A DNA stretch of 64,000 bases from a virus. Lineage: Duplodnaviria; Heunggongvirae; Uroviricota; Caudoviricetes. The notes under the pieces were generated by a model. That model was not told the origin of the DNA. It saw only the letters and a list, made by a program, of their open reading frames with translations, and made no database searches. The stretch is taken from positions 33,568-97,567 of the IMG/VR virus record IMGVR_UViG_3300025292_000002; one strand, 5' to 3'. Positions 45,452 to 54,175 of this stretch are shown in pieces (positions within the stretch are counted from its first letter, which is position 1; each line of letters opens with the position of its first letter). The position numbers were made by a program, and so were the translations under genes.

Positions 45452-45720
45452 CGATGTTTCAGTACCAGCAAAAACTCACTGGTCGATAGTATTGTTGCAA
45501 ATGTATTAGTAATCATAAAAGCTCCTGCGGTGTGTTGTACGAACCACATGTACATTGCATAAGCTTCCATAAACCAAATACCAACCGCTAAACATGATAA
45601 ATATAATAAGCTGAAATCATCTACAGATTTCGTCTTGAGAATCTTAATAATTTGTGGAATATATCCTACAGATAAAATAATTCCTCCGATAAGTTGTAAA
45701 ATATTGAAAAATGATGCCAT
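45439..45720 (-). CDS. PQ-loop (SemiSWEET-like) membrane protein
   Basis: GYIPQIIKILKTKS PQ motif; three TM segments; start at MASFFNILQ behind AGGAGGAAA RBS. Confidence 0.55.
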   Translation of the reverse strand: MASFFNILQLIGGIILSVGYIPQIIKILKTKSVDDFSLLYLSCLAVGIWFMEAYAMYMWFVQHTAGAFMITNTFATILSTSEFLLVLKHRNRA

Positions 45721-45742
45721 GATGTTTCCTCCTGATGTTTTG

Positions 45743-46183
45743 TTATTTAGAAATTTCATTCATGCTTTTATAAATAGAATAATCATACCATCTTTGTGTT
45801 TCGTTTAATAACTCCTTAAACCCTTCTTTTCCTTCTGGGAAATGTGCATTTTTCAAAACATATTCAATAGTTTTGTCTTTTGGTATATTACAATTATCAT
45901 AACAAGATGCTAAAATAAAAGCACTTGCACGTACCCAATTCACATAATCAAATTCTTTAAAATAAGTTTGTCTACCAAATACAGGATAAAAAATTTCATC
46001 TATTGTTATCAATTCTTGATGATTCATTTTTTTAATTTTCTTGCTTTTAACTTCCTTTAAATGTTTAAATTCAATATCAATTTTTGCTAATTCCCATTCA
46101 TGATATTTTTTTAAAATTAATGAAGTAACAATACCTGCTGGAATACCAAACAGTGCTCCAATAAATAAAAATAAAAACTCCAT
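45743..46183 (-). CDS. membrane-anchored hypothetical protein
   Basis: N-terminal TM segment; 146 aa. Confidence 0.5.
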   Translation of the reverse strand: MEFLFLFIGALFGIPAGIVTSLILKKYHEWELAKIDIEFKHLKEVKSKKIKKMNHQELITIDEIFYPVFGRQTYFKEFDYVNWVRASAFILASCYDNCNIPKDKTIEYVLKNAHFPEGKEGFKELLNETQRWYDYSIYKSMNEISK

Positions 46184-46206
46184 TTCATCCTCCTAAAATT
46201 CCGATT

Positions 46207-46404
46207 TTACTCAGTTTCTTTCCAACCCATGTTCCATTCAGTACCACATTTAAAACAAGAGTAGCTTTTCATGCGTTTGGTTTTCGTAAAGAAACCGCCA
46301 AGCTTTGTCGTGGTTATGCCAATACAATAAGAATTGCAAGTCGGACATATGTTATCATCCGACTTGATTTTCTTAAAGCTTGGTCGCTTTGTAATGTGCT
46401 TCAT
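46207..46404 (-). CDS. zinc-ribbon protein
   Basis: CPTCNSYC...CFKCG. Confidence 0.45.
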   Translation of the reverse strand: MKHITKRPSFKKIKSDDNICPTCNSYCIGITTTKLGGFFTKTKRMKSYSCFKCGTEWNMGWKETE

Positions 46405-46895
46405 TACAGCTTTCTCAATTCACGATTGCTTTCTTTGATGATAGCTTTTAGCACACAAGCTTGAAGACCTTTTTCTTTGTTGTATGTGTCTTCAGGAGCA
46501 CATTTCGCAATTACTTTGTATTCTTTACCTAAATCGCTCTTATAGAAAAGAATCGTAGTTGGGTTGTTGTAAATCACTTTAACCAATTGAATAACTTGTC
46601 TTCCTGTGGTTTGAACAAATGTTTTAACTTCAATGGCTGGTTTTTCTTTTTTGACAACATCAACCATATCTTCTGTCCACGTCCAAGTGCCATTGTCAAT
46701 ATCGAGTCTGTAACCATGCGTAGAAATTTTTGTAATTTTTGCTTTTTTGCCTAAATATTGTTTCATAGAATGTGCAAACATAGCTTTTCTATCGTTTAAA
46801 GCATTACCGTATCTATCATTAACTACTAAATCCTTCTTAATTGTTACCTCAGCGCCAACTTCAAGTTTCATTTTAATCATTTTAATTTCCTCCAT
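46404..46895 (-). CDS. hypothetical protein
   Basis: 163-aa ORF. Confidence 0.55.
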   Translation of the reverse strand: MEEIKMIKMKLEVGAEVTIKKDLVVNDRYGNALNDRKAMFAHSMKQYLGKKAKITKISTHGYRLDIDNGTWTWTEDMVDVVKKEKPAIEVKTFVQTTGRQVIQLVKVIYNNPTTILFYKSDLGKEYKVIAKCAPEDTYNKEKGLQACVLKAIIKESNRELRKL

Positions 46896-46905
46896 TTGAT
46901 TTAAT

Positions 46906-47043
46906 TTAGTTATTTTCGTATCTTTCCTTGTAAATCACTTTCTTCATAAAAAACATTAATTCAATTTCAATTTCCAATTGTGGGACACCTTGAGCTAATA
47001 ACTCTTCAATATGCTCCTTCATCGTTTGTTTCAATTCATCCAT
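46906..47043 (-). CDS. small hypothetical protein (~45 aa, not in ORF track)
   Basis: AAGGAGGAAAC RBS placed directly against the 18-bp palindrome. Confidence 0.4.
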   Translation of the reverse strand: MDELKQTMKEHIEELLAQGVPQLEIEIELMFFMKKVIYKERYENN

Positions 47044-47055
47044 TTGTTTCCTCCT

Positions 47056-47073
47056 TTGAATATTAATATTCAA
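47056..47073. repeat. 18-bp palindrome family copy (perfect)
   Basis: overlaps the TGA stop of the upstream gene and abuts the RBS of the downstream gene. Confidence 0.85.
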
Positions 47074-47210
47074 AACATCAATGATGCTCCAGCAATAAAA
47101 AATAATATTGCAAATGCGTGGTCAATGTAACCTGATTTTTCATCTGTCACAATTGTGTAAGATGTGAACCATAAAACTAAACCGCAAATTGTTTCGAACA
47201 TGTTGTTCAT
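47070..47210 (-). CDS. small membrane protein (~47 aa, not in ORF track)
   Basis: stop codon lies inside the palindrome; hydrophobic. Confidence 0.35.
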   Translation of the reverse strand: MNNMFETICGLVLWFTSYTIVTDEKSGYIDHAFAILFFIAGASLMF

Positions 47211-47238
47211 TTCCTTTCGTTGTTCGTTGTTACTTTAC

Positions 47239-47268
47239 TATTATATTGACGAAACCGAAATTGTAAGG
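47239..47268 (-). promoter_or_regulatory. conserved phage promoter module (family copy)
   Basis: tattatattga-N12-tgtaagg. Confidence 0.6.
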
Positions 47269-47281
47269 AGCTAAACAAAAA

Positions 47282-47317
47282 ACCAAAAAAAATAATCGGA
47301 GGATTTGTCCTCCGATT
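47282..47317 (-). terminator. rho-independent terminator
   Basis: hairpin atcggagga-caaa-tcctccgat followed by a T10 run. Confidence 0.65.
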
Positions 47318-47320
47318 AAA

Positions 47321-47698
47321 TCAGTAAGCTTCAATGATATATATTTGCCAGAATCCCAATCGTGCTGGTTTCATGTTTGCAATAATTTCTTTAGCTTTCG
47401 GTGTTAATGATATTGTATTACCTCCATGGTCAGTACTTGTAAACACCACAGGACCCACCAGCAACGTGTCTCTGTCCGTTATATTGTTTGTTCGTGAACG
47501 TTTGATAAGAATGTTTGGTTCCAATTCCTTCATCAATCCTGCATCGTCAACGTACATATCAAGTTCACCATGTCTGCAAGCATCCATACAATCTTGAATT
47601 TTCCCTGAAATACATTCATACGTGTTCTTTTTGTTTACACCTTCCATCATTTTCAAATCCTCACCTGGCATACGATACATCATTTCGAAATCTTTCAT
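47321..47698 (-). CDS. hypothetical protein (start at MKDFEMM behind AAGGAGGA RBS)
   Basis: 125 aa. Confidence 0.5.
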   Translation of the reverse strand: MKDFEMMYRMPGEDLKMMEGVNKKNTYECISGKIQDCMDACRHGELDMYVDDAGLMKELEPNILIKRSRTNNITDRDTLLVGPVVFTSTDHGGNTISLTPKAKEIIANMKPARLGFWQIYIIEAY

Positions 47699-47711
47699 TT
47701 TAATATCCTCC

Positions 47712-47849
47712 TTAGCAACAACCTTTATTTTCCTTGCACATCCATTCGTAAAATTCACCTTCATTGCCATCCTTGTCGGAGAAAAATATTTGATGCGTGA
47801 TTTCCTCTTTTTTGTCATTGCCACAAATGAAACATTCTTTCTTTTCCAT
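47712..47849 (-). CDS. small zinc-ribbon protein (~45 aa, not in ORF track)
   Basis: CFICG...CKENKGCC; GAGGAGG RBS. Confidence 0.4.
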   Translation of the reverse strand: MEKKECFICGNDKKEEITHQIFFSDKDGNEGEFYEWMCKENKGCC

Positions 47850-47918
47850 TGTTCATTACCTCCTCTTTCTTATTACTTCTTTATTATACTATGGTTCTCA
47901 TCATACGTCAATAGATAT

Positions 47919-47936
47919 TTGAATATTAATTTTCAA
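47919..47936. repeat. 18-bp palindrome family copy (ttgaatattaattttcaa)
   Basis: 17 of 18. Confidence 0.8.
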
Positions 47937-47943
47937 TTTTATA

Positions 47944-47970
47944 TAAAAAAAATAAGCTCCGAAGAGCTTA
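47944..47970 (-). terminator. rho-independent terminator
   Basis: hairpin aagctc-ttcg-gagctt followed by T8. Confidence 0.55.
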
Positions 47971-48049
47971 TTTCATTAACAATATCACCGCAATTATGAA
48001 TGATATTATCAAACATATGACAAGCAAATAATAAAGCTCGTTCATGAGC

Positions 48050-48529
48050 TTACTTGAATGTTACATTGAACGGGTTTGTATACACATCGCCCATGTACGT
48101 CAGCTGATTTGTATTCCAATCAGCTTGAATGCCTTTGTATACCATTACTTTTGTACGGAATGTTTTTGTTACGTTGTGGTCCCAAACTTCCCAAATGTCA
48201 GGGAATGTTGTGTCATAAGTAATTGATTTAGTTTCTCCTGGTTGAAGCTTGATGATGGTAGAATATTCGATAAATCCGAAACCACCAGTTGGACTTTGTT
48301 TTTCAAGCATTTCAATAACCGTCATTGGATAGCTGTTATTATTTTTCACTTTAAACACAGCTTCTTGTGGAGCTACGTAGCTGTTCTGTGTCATATTCAC
48401 ACTAACACCTTCATAAGAAGCTGCCGCTGCTTTCGATACAGGATTAGCTAGTTCAAGAGTAGCAATACCTCCTAATGCGATTGCTGAAGCCATTGCTGTT
48501 GCACCTAATTTTCTTTTCCATGATTTCAT
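48050..48529 (-). CDS. secreted protein (signal peptide)
   Basis: MKSWKRKLGATAMASAIALGGIATLELA signal; first of three tandem exported proteins. Confidence 0.6.
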   Translation of the reverse strand: MKSWKRKLGATAMASAIALGGIATLELANPVSKAAAASYEGVSVNMTQNSYVAPQEAVFKVKNNNSYPMTVIEMLEKQSPTGGFGFIEYSTIIKLQPGETKSITYDTTFPDIWEVWDHNVTKTFRTKVMVYKGIQADWNTNQLTYMGDVYTNPFNVTFK

Positions 48530-48591
48530 AATAAATTGCCCCCCAATTTTAGTGTTTTGAACAGTTTTGGGACATGTTCAGGTCTTGTTGA

Positions 48592-49044
48592 TTATTTGCT
48601 GATTGTGAACATGTTGCCAGTTGTGTAGTAGTTATAATATTTTCCTTCAGATTCGTAAGTGTATTGCATTACTGCCACATAATTACCTGGCTCGTAAACT
48701 GAAGTAATTGTTGTTGTGAATTTGCCATTGTATTCATCTGAATCTGAATCGGTGATTGTTTTGTAACGAGCTAATGACATATCGTCCATTACACGGTAAA
48801 TTTTAACTATTGCCGAATCTCCGCCACCAATTGGTTCATTGATTGTGATAGTTTGACCTTGTTTTAAATTGCCAAGGTTTAATCTATCGTTGTTGTCAAC
48901 GTTGTGTAGTTCAGGGAAATATTTGTAAGGCCAATCATCAGCCACAGCTGCCTGTGCTTGAATTGAAGGTTGTAAAATTTCTACTGCTGTAAATCCACCG
49001 AATGCTAAAGCTCCTACTAATGCGATTTTTCCTAAGTTTTTCAT
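48592..49044 (-). CDS. secreted protein (signal peptide)
   Basis: MKNLGKIALVGALAFGGFTAVE signal. Confidence 0.6.
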   Translation of the reverse strand: MKNLGKIALVGALAFGGFTAVEILQPSIQAQAAVADDWPYKYFPELHNVDNNDRLNLGNLKQGQTITINEPIGGGDSAIVKIYRVMDDMSLARYKTITDSDSDEYNGKFTTTITSVYEPGNYVAVMQYTYESEGKYYNYYTTGNMFTISK

Positions 49045-49046
49045 AA

Positions 49047-49535
49047 TTATTCACCTGTTCCTTTTCCTGTAACTGTCATTCCAGCTGTGTAAATTGTATC
49101 TACAGAACCATCAGCATGTTTGATTTCAACTTTGTAACGGTATGTGCCATCATCATAAACATCATCGCCATATCCTGTGAAAGTTGAAATATCATCGTAT
49201 GAACCAGCTGGAACCCACTGATTATTCCAACGGAAGTTAGTTTCAAATTCTCCCCAGCTATCTCCGTTTTTCTTTTCGATGCTAACATTGTAATAAATTT
49301 CTTCAGCTCGGTCATTTGTGATTCTTGCGATTAAGCTGTTGCCAAAAGTAACTTGTGTAGAATGAATTTTAACTGTAACATCATTCACCGTTTCACCAGG
49401 TCCACAGATATAATGACAGCCATCCCAATCTTCAGCTTGTGCTTGTGCTTGTGCTTTTGGTGTATCAATGTTCATAACCGTGAAACCACCCAATGCTAAT
49501 GCGCCAGTTAATGCAATTGTTGCTAACTTTTTCAT
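49047..49535 (-). CDS. secreted protein (signal peptide, AQAQAQA cleavage region)
   Basis: MKKLATIALTGALALGGFTVMN signal. Confidence 0.6.
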   Translation of the reverse strand: MKKLATIALTGALALGGFTVMNIDTPKAQAQAQAEDWDGCHYICGPGETVNDVTVKIHSTQVTFGNSLIARITNDRAEEIYYNVSIEKKNGDSWGEFETNFRWNNQWVPAGSYDDISTFTGYGDDVYDDGTYRYKVEIKHADGSVDTIYTAGMTVTGKGTGE

Positions 49536-49663
49536 TTGTATTGCCTCCGTTTCGTTTGTTTGTCTCTTTCGACTTTTTCATTATACCTAATCCGTCAGTA
49601 GTTGTAAAGTACTTTGACCATCTTTTTTTTAATTTATTTTTAAAATCTATTATAATGAAGAAA

Positions 49664-49695
49664 CACGAAAAAACCACCAATCGTAATTGGTGGCT
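49664..49695 (-). terminator. rho-independent terminator after the SPFH gene
   Basis: hairpin ccaccaat-tacgat-tggtgg followed by T6. Confidence 0.6.
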
Positions 49696-49716
49696 TCGTT
49701 GTTATTATTATTTTGC

Positions 49717-50553
49717 TTATGGAATGTTTACGAATGGAGTTGCTCCACCAGATACTTGTGGTAATTTACCATCCCATTTGTCGATTTGACTCTTTTGAAT
49801 TAATTCAGGAGTTAATGATTCTTTTACAATTCGGTTAGCTTCCGCTTCACCTTTAGCTTTTGCAATGTCAGCTGCTGCTTTGCCTTCAGCTTCGATTTTA
49901 GCTTTTTCAGCATTAGCTTCAGAAATTTGTTTATCAACATTTAATTTCTCTAATTCTTGAGAAGCTTTAACACGAGCGTCGATAGCTTGTTGTGTTGTTT
50001 TATCTAATTCAGGTGTTCCTAACGTTACGTCCGTAACAATGAAACCAAGTTTAGAAGTTGATTTTGATACTTTTTCAGTTACTTTAGCTGATGCTTCAGT
50101 TGTTTTGTTTCCGTATACATCTAATACGCTGTATTCAGAAATTGTAGCACGAGTTGCTTGGAATAACTTATTGTATAGATATCCTTCTTGAATTTGCTCA
50201 ATGTTTTGAGAACCAAGTTCTTTGAAGATGTTTAACACTTTAGATTTGTCAACTTTCATTTCGTAGCGAACAGGCATTGTGATTTTTTTACCATCGCTTG
50301 TTGTTGCGCTTACGTCATTTTTAACAACTGTTACACGAGTTGGATATTGTTGTGTTTTGTCAAGAAATCCGATTAAGTGCCAACCTGGATTAAGTACTTC
50401 TTTAGCGCCACCACTTGGGCTATATACAACAGATGCTTTACCTTCTGGAACACGTTCAACGAAATTTGTAAATGTTACAATACCTCCGATTAATAACGCT
50501 CCTCCTAATACTGCACCTTTGATTAATAATGATGGTCCTTTAGATTTAAACAT
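49717..50553 (-). CDS. SPFH/band-7 (prohibitin/flotillin-like) membrane protein
   Basis: N-terminal TM segment; SPFH core; Ala/Glu/Lys-rich coiled-coil C-terminus. Confidence 0.7.
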   Translation of the reverse strand: MFKSKGPSLLIKGAVLGGALLIGGIVTFTNFVERVPEGKASVVYSPSGGAKEVLNPGWHLIGFLDKTQQYPTRVTVVKNDVSATTSDGKKITMPVRYEMKVDKSKVLNIFKELGSQNIEQIQEGYLYNKLFQATRATISEYSVLDVYGNKTTEASAKVTEKVSKSTSKLGFIVTDVTLGTPELDKTTQQAIDARVKASQELEKLNVDKQISEANAEKAKIEAEGKAAADIAKAKGEAEANRIVKESLTPELIQKSQIDKWDGKLPQVSGGATPFVNIP

Positions 50554-50567
50554 AATTTAATTCCTCC

Positions 50568-50594
50568 AATTTGTTTTTTGATTTGATTTGTTAT
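50568..50594 (-). repeat. (CAAAT/AAATC)n tract in the 5' UTR
   Basis: aatttgttttttgatttgatttgttat on + strand, between promoter and RBS. Confidence 0.65.
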
Positions 50595-50602
50595 TACACT
50601 AC

Positions 50603-50632
50603 TATTATATTGACGATATTTAATATGTAAGG
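50603..50632 (-). promoter_or_regulatory. conserved phage promoter module (family copy)
   Basis: tattatattga-N12-tgtaagg. Confidence 0.6.
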
Positions 50633-50791
50633 TATGGCGTATATTTTTTTTATTTATATATGTAATAGTTAAGTGCCAATATAGCTATGGCACATATCAT
50701 ATCTAGTAGTATCCACAATATTACGATTTTCAATCCATATTTCTTATATAATTGTGCAAATAGTTTTTTCATTAGATGTCCTCCATATGGT

Positions 50792-50824
50792 TAAAAAAAG
50801 AAAGAGCTTAAGAAATAAGCTCTT
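50792..50824 (-). terminator. rho-independent terminator (overlaps stop)
   Basis: hairpin aagagctt-atttc-ttaagctctt followed by a T run. Confidence 0.55.
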
Positions 50825-51806
50825 CCATTTCTTGTACTGCTAATACAAGTACTTCAATTTGTGCTTCAGTTGCTTCGGTTAATTTTTTACCTACACCGAA
50901 ATGTTTTTCAACAATAGCTGCTAACTCTGGCATACGTTGTGCTTTGTGGAATTGAACACCTAATGCTTTAGCTTTCGTCATTACTGCTTCGAAATTATCT
51001 TCGAATGCTTGAACGAATGCAACTTCTTTTTCTTCTTTTAAGTTCGATTTTCCTTCAGCATCAATTGCTGTTTCCATTGCTTGTTTATATGCTTGTGGGT
51101 TTAGTGAGAATACCGCTGGCATTCCTTTGAAACGACCACCTGCTTGCCATTGCATTGTTTCACGAGCGTATAATACACGTTGTTCGTTTCCTTCAGTATC
51201 TACACCAACAGCTGCGAATAAAATGTTATCAACCATTTTTGATACGATTTGTAAACCACGTTTTGGAATCGTTGGGATGTATTTCTCAAATTCTTGCTCA
51301 GAGTTTGGAATTTTTTCCGTTTTTGTTGTTGCGTGAGAAATAAATGCTAAATTATATCCTAATTTTTCGATTGTGTTTAGACCTTCAAATAGTAGAGATG
51401 AAATGTCAGCCCAGCCGCCACCGTATGGAATATCTTTTAGGTTTTCTACACCGTGCTTATTTTTAACAAATTTTTCAACGTAGTTGTAAAGTAAATCGAC
51501 AGTATCAATAATGATTGTTTTATAACGGTCTCTTACAGCATCTTTTTTCAATTCACGTAGCACACGTTGAAAATCAGACCAACTGCCTACATCCATAACA
51601 AATGCTCCTGCTAATGCTTTGTAACCTTTTTCAGTTGCTAAAATTAAAGCGTCGTCACCATATACACCGTGAACGAAAGTTGTCTTACCGATTTTTGGGT
51701 TTCCGTAAACTAACATAGTATAAGAACTCATATCCTTTGAAATTTTTTGTGGTTGAATCGCTAATAAATCGAATTTGTTTTCTTGTGTCATAATAAATTC
51801 CTCCAA
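50808..51806 (-). CDS. Sak4-like (AAA_24/RecA-fold) recombination ATPase
   Basis: Walker A LVYGNPKIGKTT; Walker B IIIDTVDLL; 332 aa. Confidence 0.65.
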   Translation of the reverse strand: MEEFIMTQENKFDLLAIQPQKISKDMSSYTMLVYGNPKIGKTTFVHGVYGDDALILATEKGYKALAGAFVMDVGSWSDFQRVLRELKKDAVRDRYKTIIIDTVDLLYNYVEKFVKNKHGVENLKDIPYGGGWADISSLLFEGLNTIEKLGYNLAFISHATTKTEKIPNSEQEFEKYIPTIPKRGLQIVSKMVDNILFAAVGVDTEGNEQRVLYARETMQWQAGGRFKGMPAVFSLNPQAYKQAMETAIDAEGKSNLKEEKEVAFVQAFEDNFEAVMTKAKALGVQFHKAQRMPELAAIVEKHFGVGKKLTEATEAQIEVLVLAVQEMEELIS

Positions 51807-51838
51807 TTGATTTTGATTTGATTTTGTTTGATTTGTCT
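51805..51838 (-). repeat. (CAAAT/AAATC)n tract in the 5' UTR
   Basis: caattgattttgatttgattttgtttgatttg on + strand. Confidence 0.65.
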
Positions 51839-51846
51839 TACTAAAC

Positions 51847-51876
51847 TATTGTATTGACCTTTTAGCATTTGTAAGG
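51847..51876 (-). promoter_or_regulatory. conserved phage promoter module (family copy)
   Basis: tattgtattga-N12-tgtaagg. Confidence 0.6.
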
Positions 51877-51877
51877 A

Positions 51878-52300
51878 TTAAAAAGAAACTTTTTGACTCC
51901 AAACCCTACCATTTAAATAATAATGTGCTTTACGTGTGCTCGTTAAGTGAACAATACACATAAGTTCATCAGAATATATTTGTTTGTCAAGCTTTTTAAA
52001 TTGCACATCTTCAATTCCTAAAGCGTAAAGACTTTGAATATTGAAATTAGGCTCATTAAGCTTTTTCATAATTAATTCTTCGATGTCATTTTTGTTAACA
52101 TCTAAACATACTCGAATATTTGTGCTTCCGAACGTGTCAATAGATGTTTCAATATCGCCAACACGACCTGTCATAATTTCAATTTTTAATGTTGCTAGGA
52201 ACTTATCTACAGCCATTTCTTGCTGTTCTTTTGGTGCCATTCCTAAAGAATCAAGTGGCGTAAATACTTTGTTAGTTCCTAAACGAATTTGCTTTGTCAT
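51878..52300 (-). CDS. hypothetical protein (recombination module)
   Basis: 140-aa ORF between SSB-like and Sak4-like genes. Confidence 0.5.
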   Translation of the reverse strand: MTKQIRLGTNKVFTPLDSLGMAPKEQQEMAVDKFLATLKIEIMTGRVGDIETSIDTFGSTNIRVCLDVNKNDIEELIMKKLNEPNFNIQSLYALGIEDVQFKKLDKQIYSDELMCIVHLTSTRKAHYYLNGRVWSQKVSF

Positions 52301-52344
52301 TTTTCATTACCTCCGAATGTTTTGTTTGTTTCTTGTTACAACAG

Positions 52345-52374
52345 TATTGTATTGATGGCGTTTAAAATGTAAGA
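52345..52374 (-). promoter_or_regulatory. conserved phage promoter module (family copy)
   Basis: tattgtattga-N12-tgtaaga. Confidence 0.6.
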
Positions 52375-52394
52375 TGTGGCACAATCTTTTTCTT

Positions 52395-52412
52395 TTGAAT
52401 ATTAATATTCAA
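52395..52412. repeat. 18-bp palindrome family copy (perfect)
   Basis: TTGAATATTAATATTCAA. Confidence 0.85.
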
Positions 52413-52420
52413 TTTGGCAA

Positions 52421-52451
52421 TAAAAAAAACACGAGCTAAATAGCCCGTGTC
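52421..52451 (-). terminator. rho-independent terminator
   Basis: hairpin acacgggc-tattta-gctcgtgt followed by T8. Confidence 0.55.
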
Positions 52452-52459
52452 ATTAATTC

Positions 52460-53476
52460 TTAGAAATCTGGCATATCATCGTTAACAATATCAGCTGGTG
52501 CTGGTGTTGCTGGCACAACTGGTGTTTTTTGCATATCTAATGGCATTTGACCTGCAACATTCACGCCAGCTCCGAAACCTGTTGGTGCGTTTGGAACAGC
52601 TGGTGCTGTTGCTGTGCGATTTTGTTTTAATTCTTCACGAGCTAGTGCTAATTTACGTTCAGCATCTTGAATTTGTTCTGGTGTAAATGCTTTTGGTTCT
52701 TCGAATGGTAAATCTCCGCTTACGATTTCATAGTTACGAACGTATTTTGTGAATGTTTTATTTCCTTCAACTTTTACACTTTCGTCACCGAATCCGTGAG
52801 ACATTGGAACTTCTTCTTCAACTTGACGTTCGCCAATTTCAACGTAGCTGTTAAGTTTGAATGTTAAACGACCTGTTGAACCTTCAACATATAAGTTTTG
52901 CATTGCATCAGCTAATCCTAGAGAAACAATTGCGTTTCGGAATGGTACGATTTTTTCACCGTAGCCAACTGTGAAGCAATTTACATCATAATGAGTAACT
53001 TCGCCATCGTCAGTAGCTTTTGCTAAGAATGATTTAACGATAACTTCTACAGAAGCTACTGCTTTATCTGGTGTGTCCGAACCTTCATCTAAACGATTGA
53101 AGAATACACCTTTAACTTGGTTGAATGATTTAAGCGTTTCATCGTCATTTTTACCGTAATATTCATTGATGTCAATTTCGCCAGTTACTTTAATGCGGTC
53201 AGCGTTTTCTTCGCCATGTGCTTCAATTGATTTATATTCATTCATCATTGTTTGAATGCCTTTGAATAATTTAGAAACATTGCCTTTTTTATCCTTTTTC
53301 ATTACGAATACGTTTGCTTCATGCTCATGCACTTTGTTATCCGTTTTAGAAACGATTGTTACTTTACCTTTAACATATTCTTTACCATTTTGGCTTGTTT
53401 TTAACTCTAAATCAATTTCCTTTAAAGTTCCTACGATTTCTACTGCATTCGTTAATTGTGGTAATGTGTTTGTCAT
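52460..53476 (-). CDS. ssb: single-stranded DNA-binding protein (phage-type, acidic C-terminal tail ending DDMPDF)
   Basis: OB-fold-like N-terminus; Gly/Pro/Ala linker; C-terminal DDMPDF like the SSB DDDIPF or T7 gp2.5 acidic tail ending in F. Confidence 0.55.
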   Translation of the reverse strand: MTNTLPQLTNAVEIVGTLKEIDLELKTSQNGKEYVKGKVTIVSKTDNKVHEHEANVFVMKKDKKGNVSKLFKGIQTMMNEYKSIEAHGEENADRIKVTGEIDINEYYGKNDDETLKSFNQVKGVFFNRLDEGSDTPDKAVASVEVIVKSFLAKATDDGEVTHYDVNCFTVGYGEKIVPFRNAIVSLGLADAMQNLYVEGSTGRLTFKLNSYVEIGERQVEEEVPMSHGFGDESVKVEGNKTFTKYVRNYEIVSGDLPFEEPKAFTPEQIQDAERKLALAREELKQNRTATAPAVPNAPTGFGAGVNVAGQMPLDMQKTPVVPATPAPADIVNDDMPDF

Positions 53477-53490
53477 AATAAAATTCCTCC

Positions 53491-53528
53491 ATTTGGTTTT
53501 AATTTGATTTGTTTTGTTTTGTTGTTAC
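53491..53528 (-). repeat. (CAAAA/CAAAT)n tract in the 5' UTR
   Basis: atttggttttaatttgatttgttttgttttgttgttac on + strand. Confidence 0.6.
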
Positions 53529-53533
53529 TTCAT

Positions 53534-53563
53534 TATTATATTGAAAAAGTTTCGTTTGTAAGG
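53534..53563 (-). promoter_or_regulatory. conserved phage promoter module (family copy)
   Basis: tattatattga-N12-tgtaagg. Confidence 0.6.
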
Positions 53564-53564
53564 A

Positions 53565-53774
53565 TTAAGCTTGATATTTTCGCTCAATATATTTGGCAAA
53601 TTTTTGACGTACAAACTGTAATCTTTCTTCACGAATGATTTGTTGCTCGATAGATAATTCTTCATCATCTTCTGGGTCATCTTCATTTTCTTCTTCGCCA
53701 CATGATGGGCAAGTAGTAGCTCCGCAACACGGACAAGTTACCCACCATTCATTACATCGAGGACATTTATCCAT
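53565..53774 (-). CDS. small zinc-finger protein with acidic tail
   Basis: CPRCNEWWVTCPCCGATTCPSCG. Confidence 0.5.
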   Translation of the reverse strand: MDKCPRCNEWWVTCPCCGATTCPSCGEEENEDDPEDDEELSIEQQIIREERLQFVRQKFAKYIERKYQA

Positions 53775-54064
53775 TATAATCGCTCCAATACAATGTTTTC
53801 CATTTTAGCTTTGAACTTACGCAATTCTTTAAGTTCACGAGCTTCTTCTAATGAAATTAAGCACACTCGAGCTTCATAATCTGTAGCTCCAGGCATATAT
53901 GAAACACGTTTAACCATTGTTTTCACATATTCTTCATTTTTAATTAATTCTTGAGCTAGTGAATGTGCTAAATCGTCAACAATACGAGCATCTAAATCTC
54001 TTTTGCTAACTGCGTGAAGCAACATCATATCATCAACTGTTGTTCTTGCACCAACTTGTATCAT
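53774..54064 (-). CDS. hypothetical protein
   Basis: 96-aa ORF. Confidence 0.5.
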   Translation of the reverse strand: MIQVGARTTVDDMMLLHAVSKRDLDARIVDDLAHSLAQELIKNEEYVKTMVKRVSYMPGATDYEARVCLISLEEARELKELRKFKAKMENIVLERL

Positions 54065-54175
54065 TTGTTTTTCCTCCTTGTTTGTGATTACAATTTCATT
54101 ATATTGATTTGTAACGGAATGTCAGGTAATAGCGGAAAAAACGTTACAAAAATGGCAAATAAAAAAACGCTAAAA

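Noticed and set aside
23911-53528. Short tandem repeats (GATTT)n that might be taken for CRISPR-like or microsatellite arrays
   Set aside because: They are 5-bp units without spacers, confined to 5' UTRs, and reported instead as leader elements. No CRISPR array is present.
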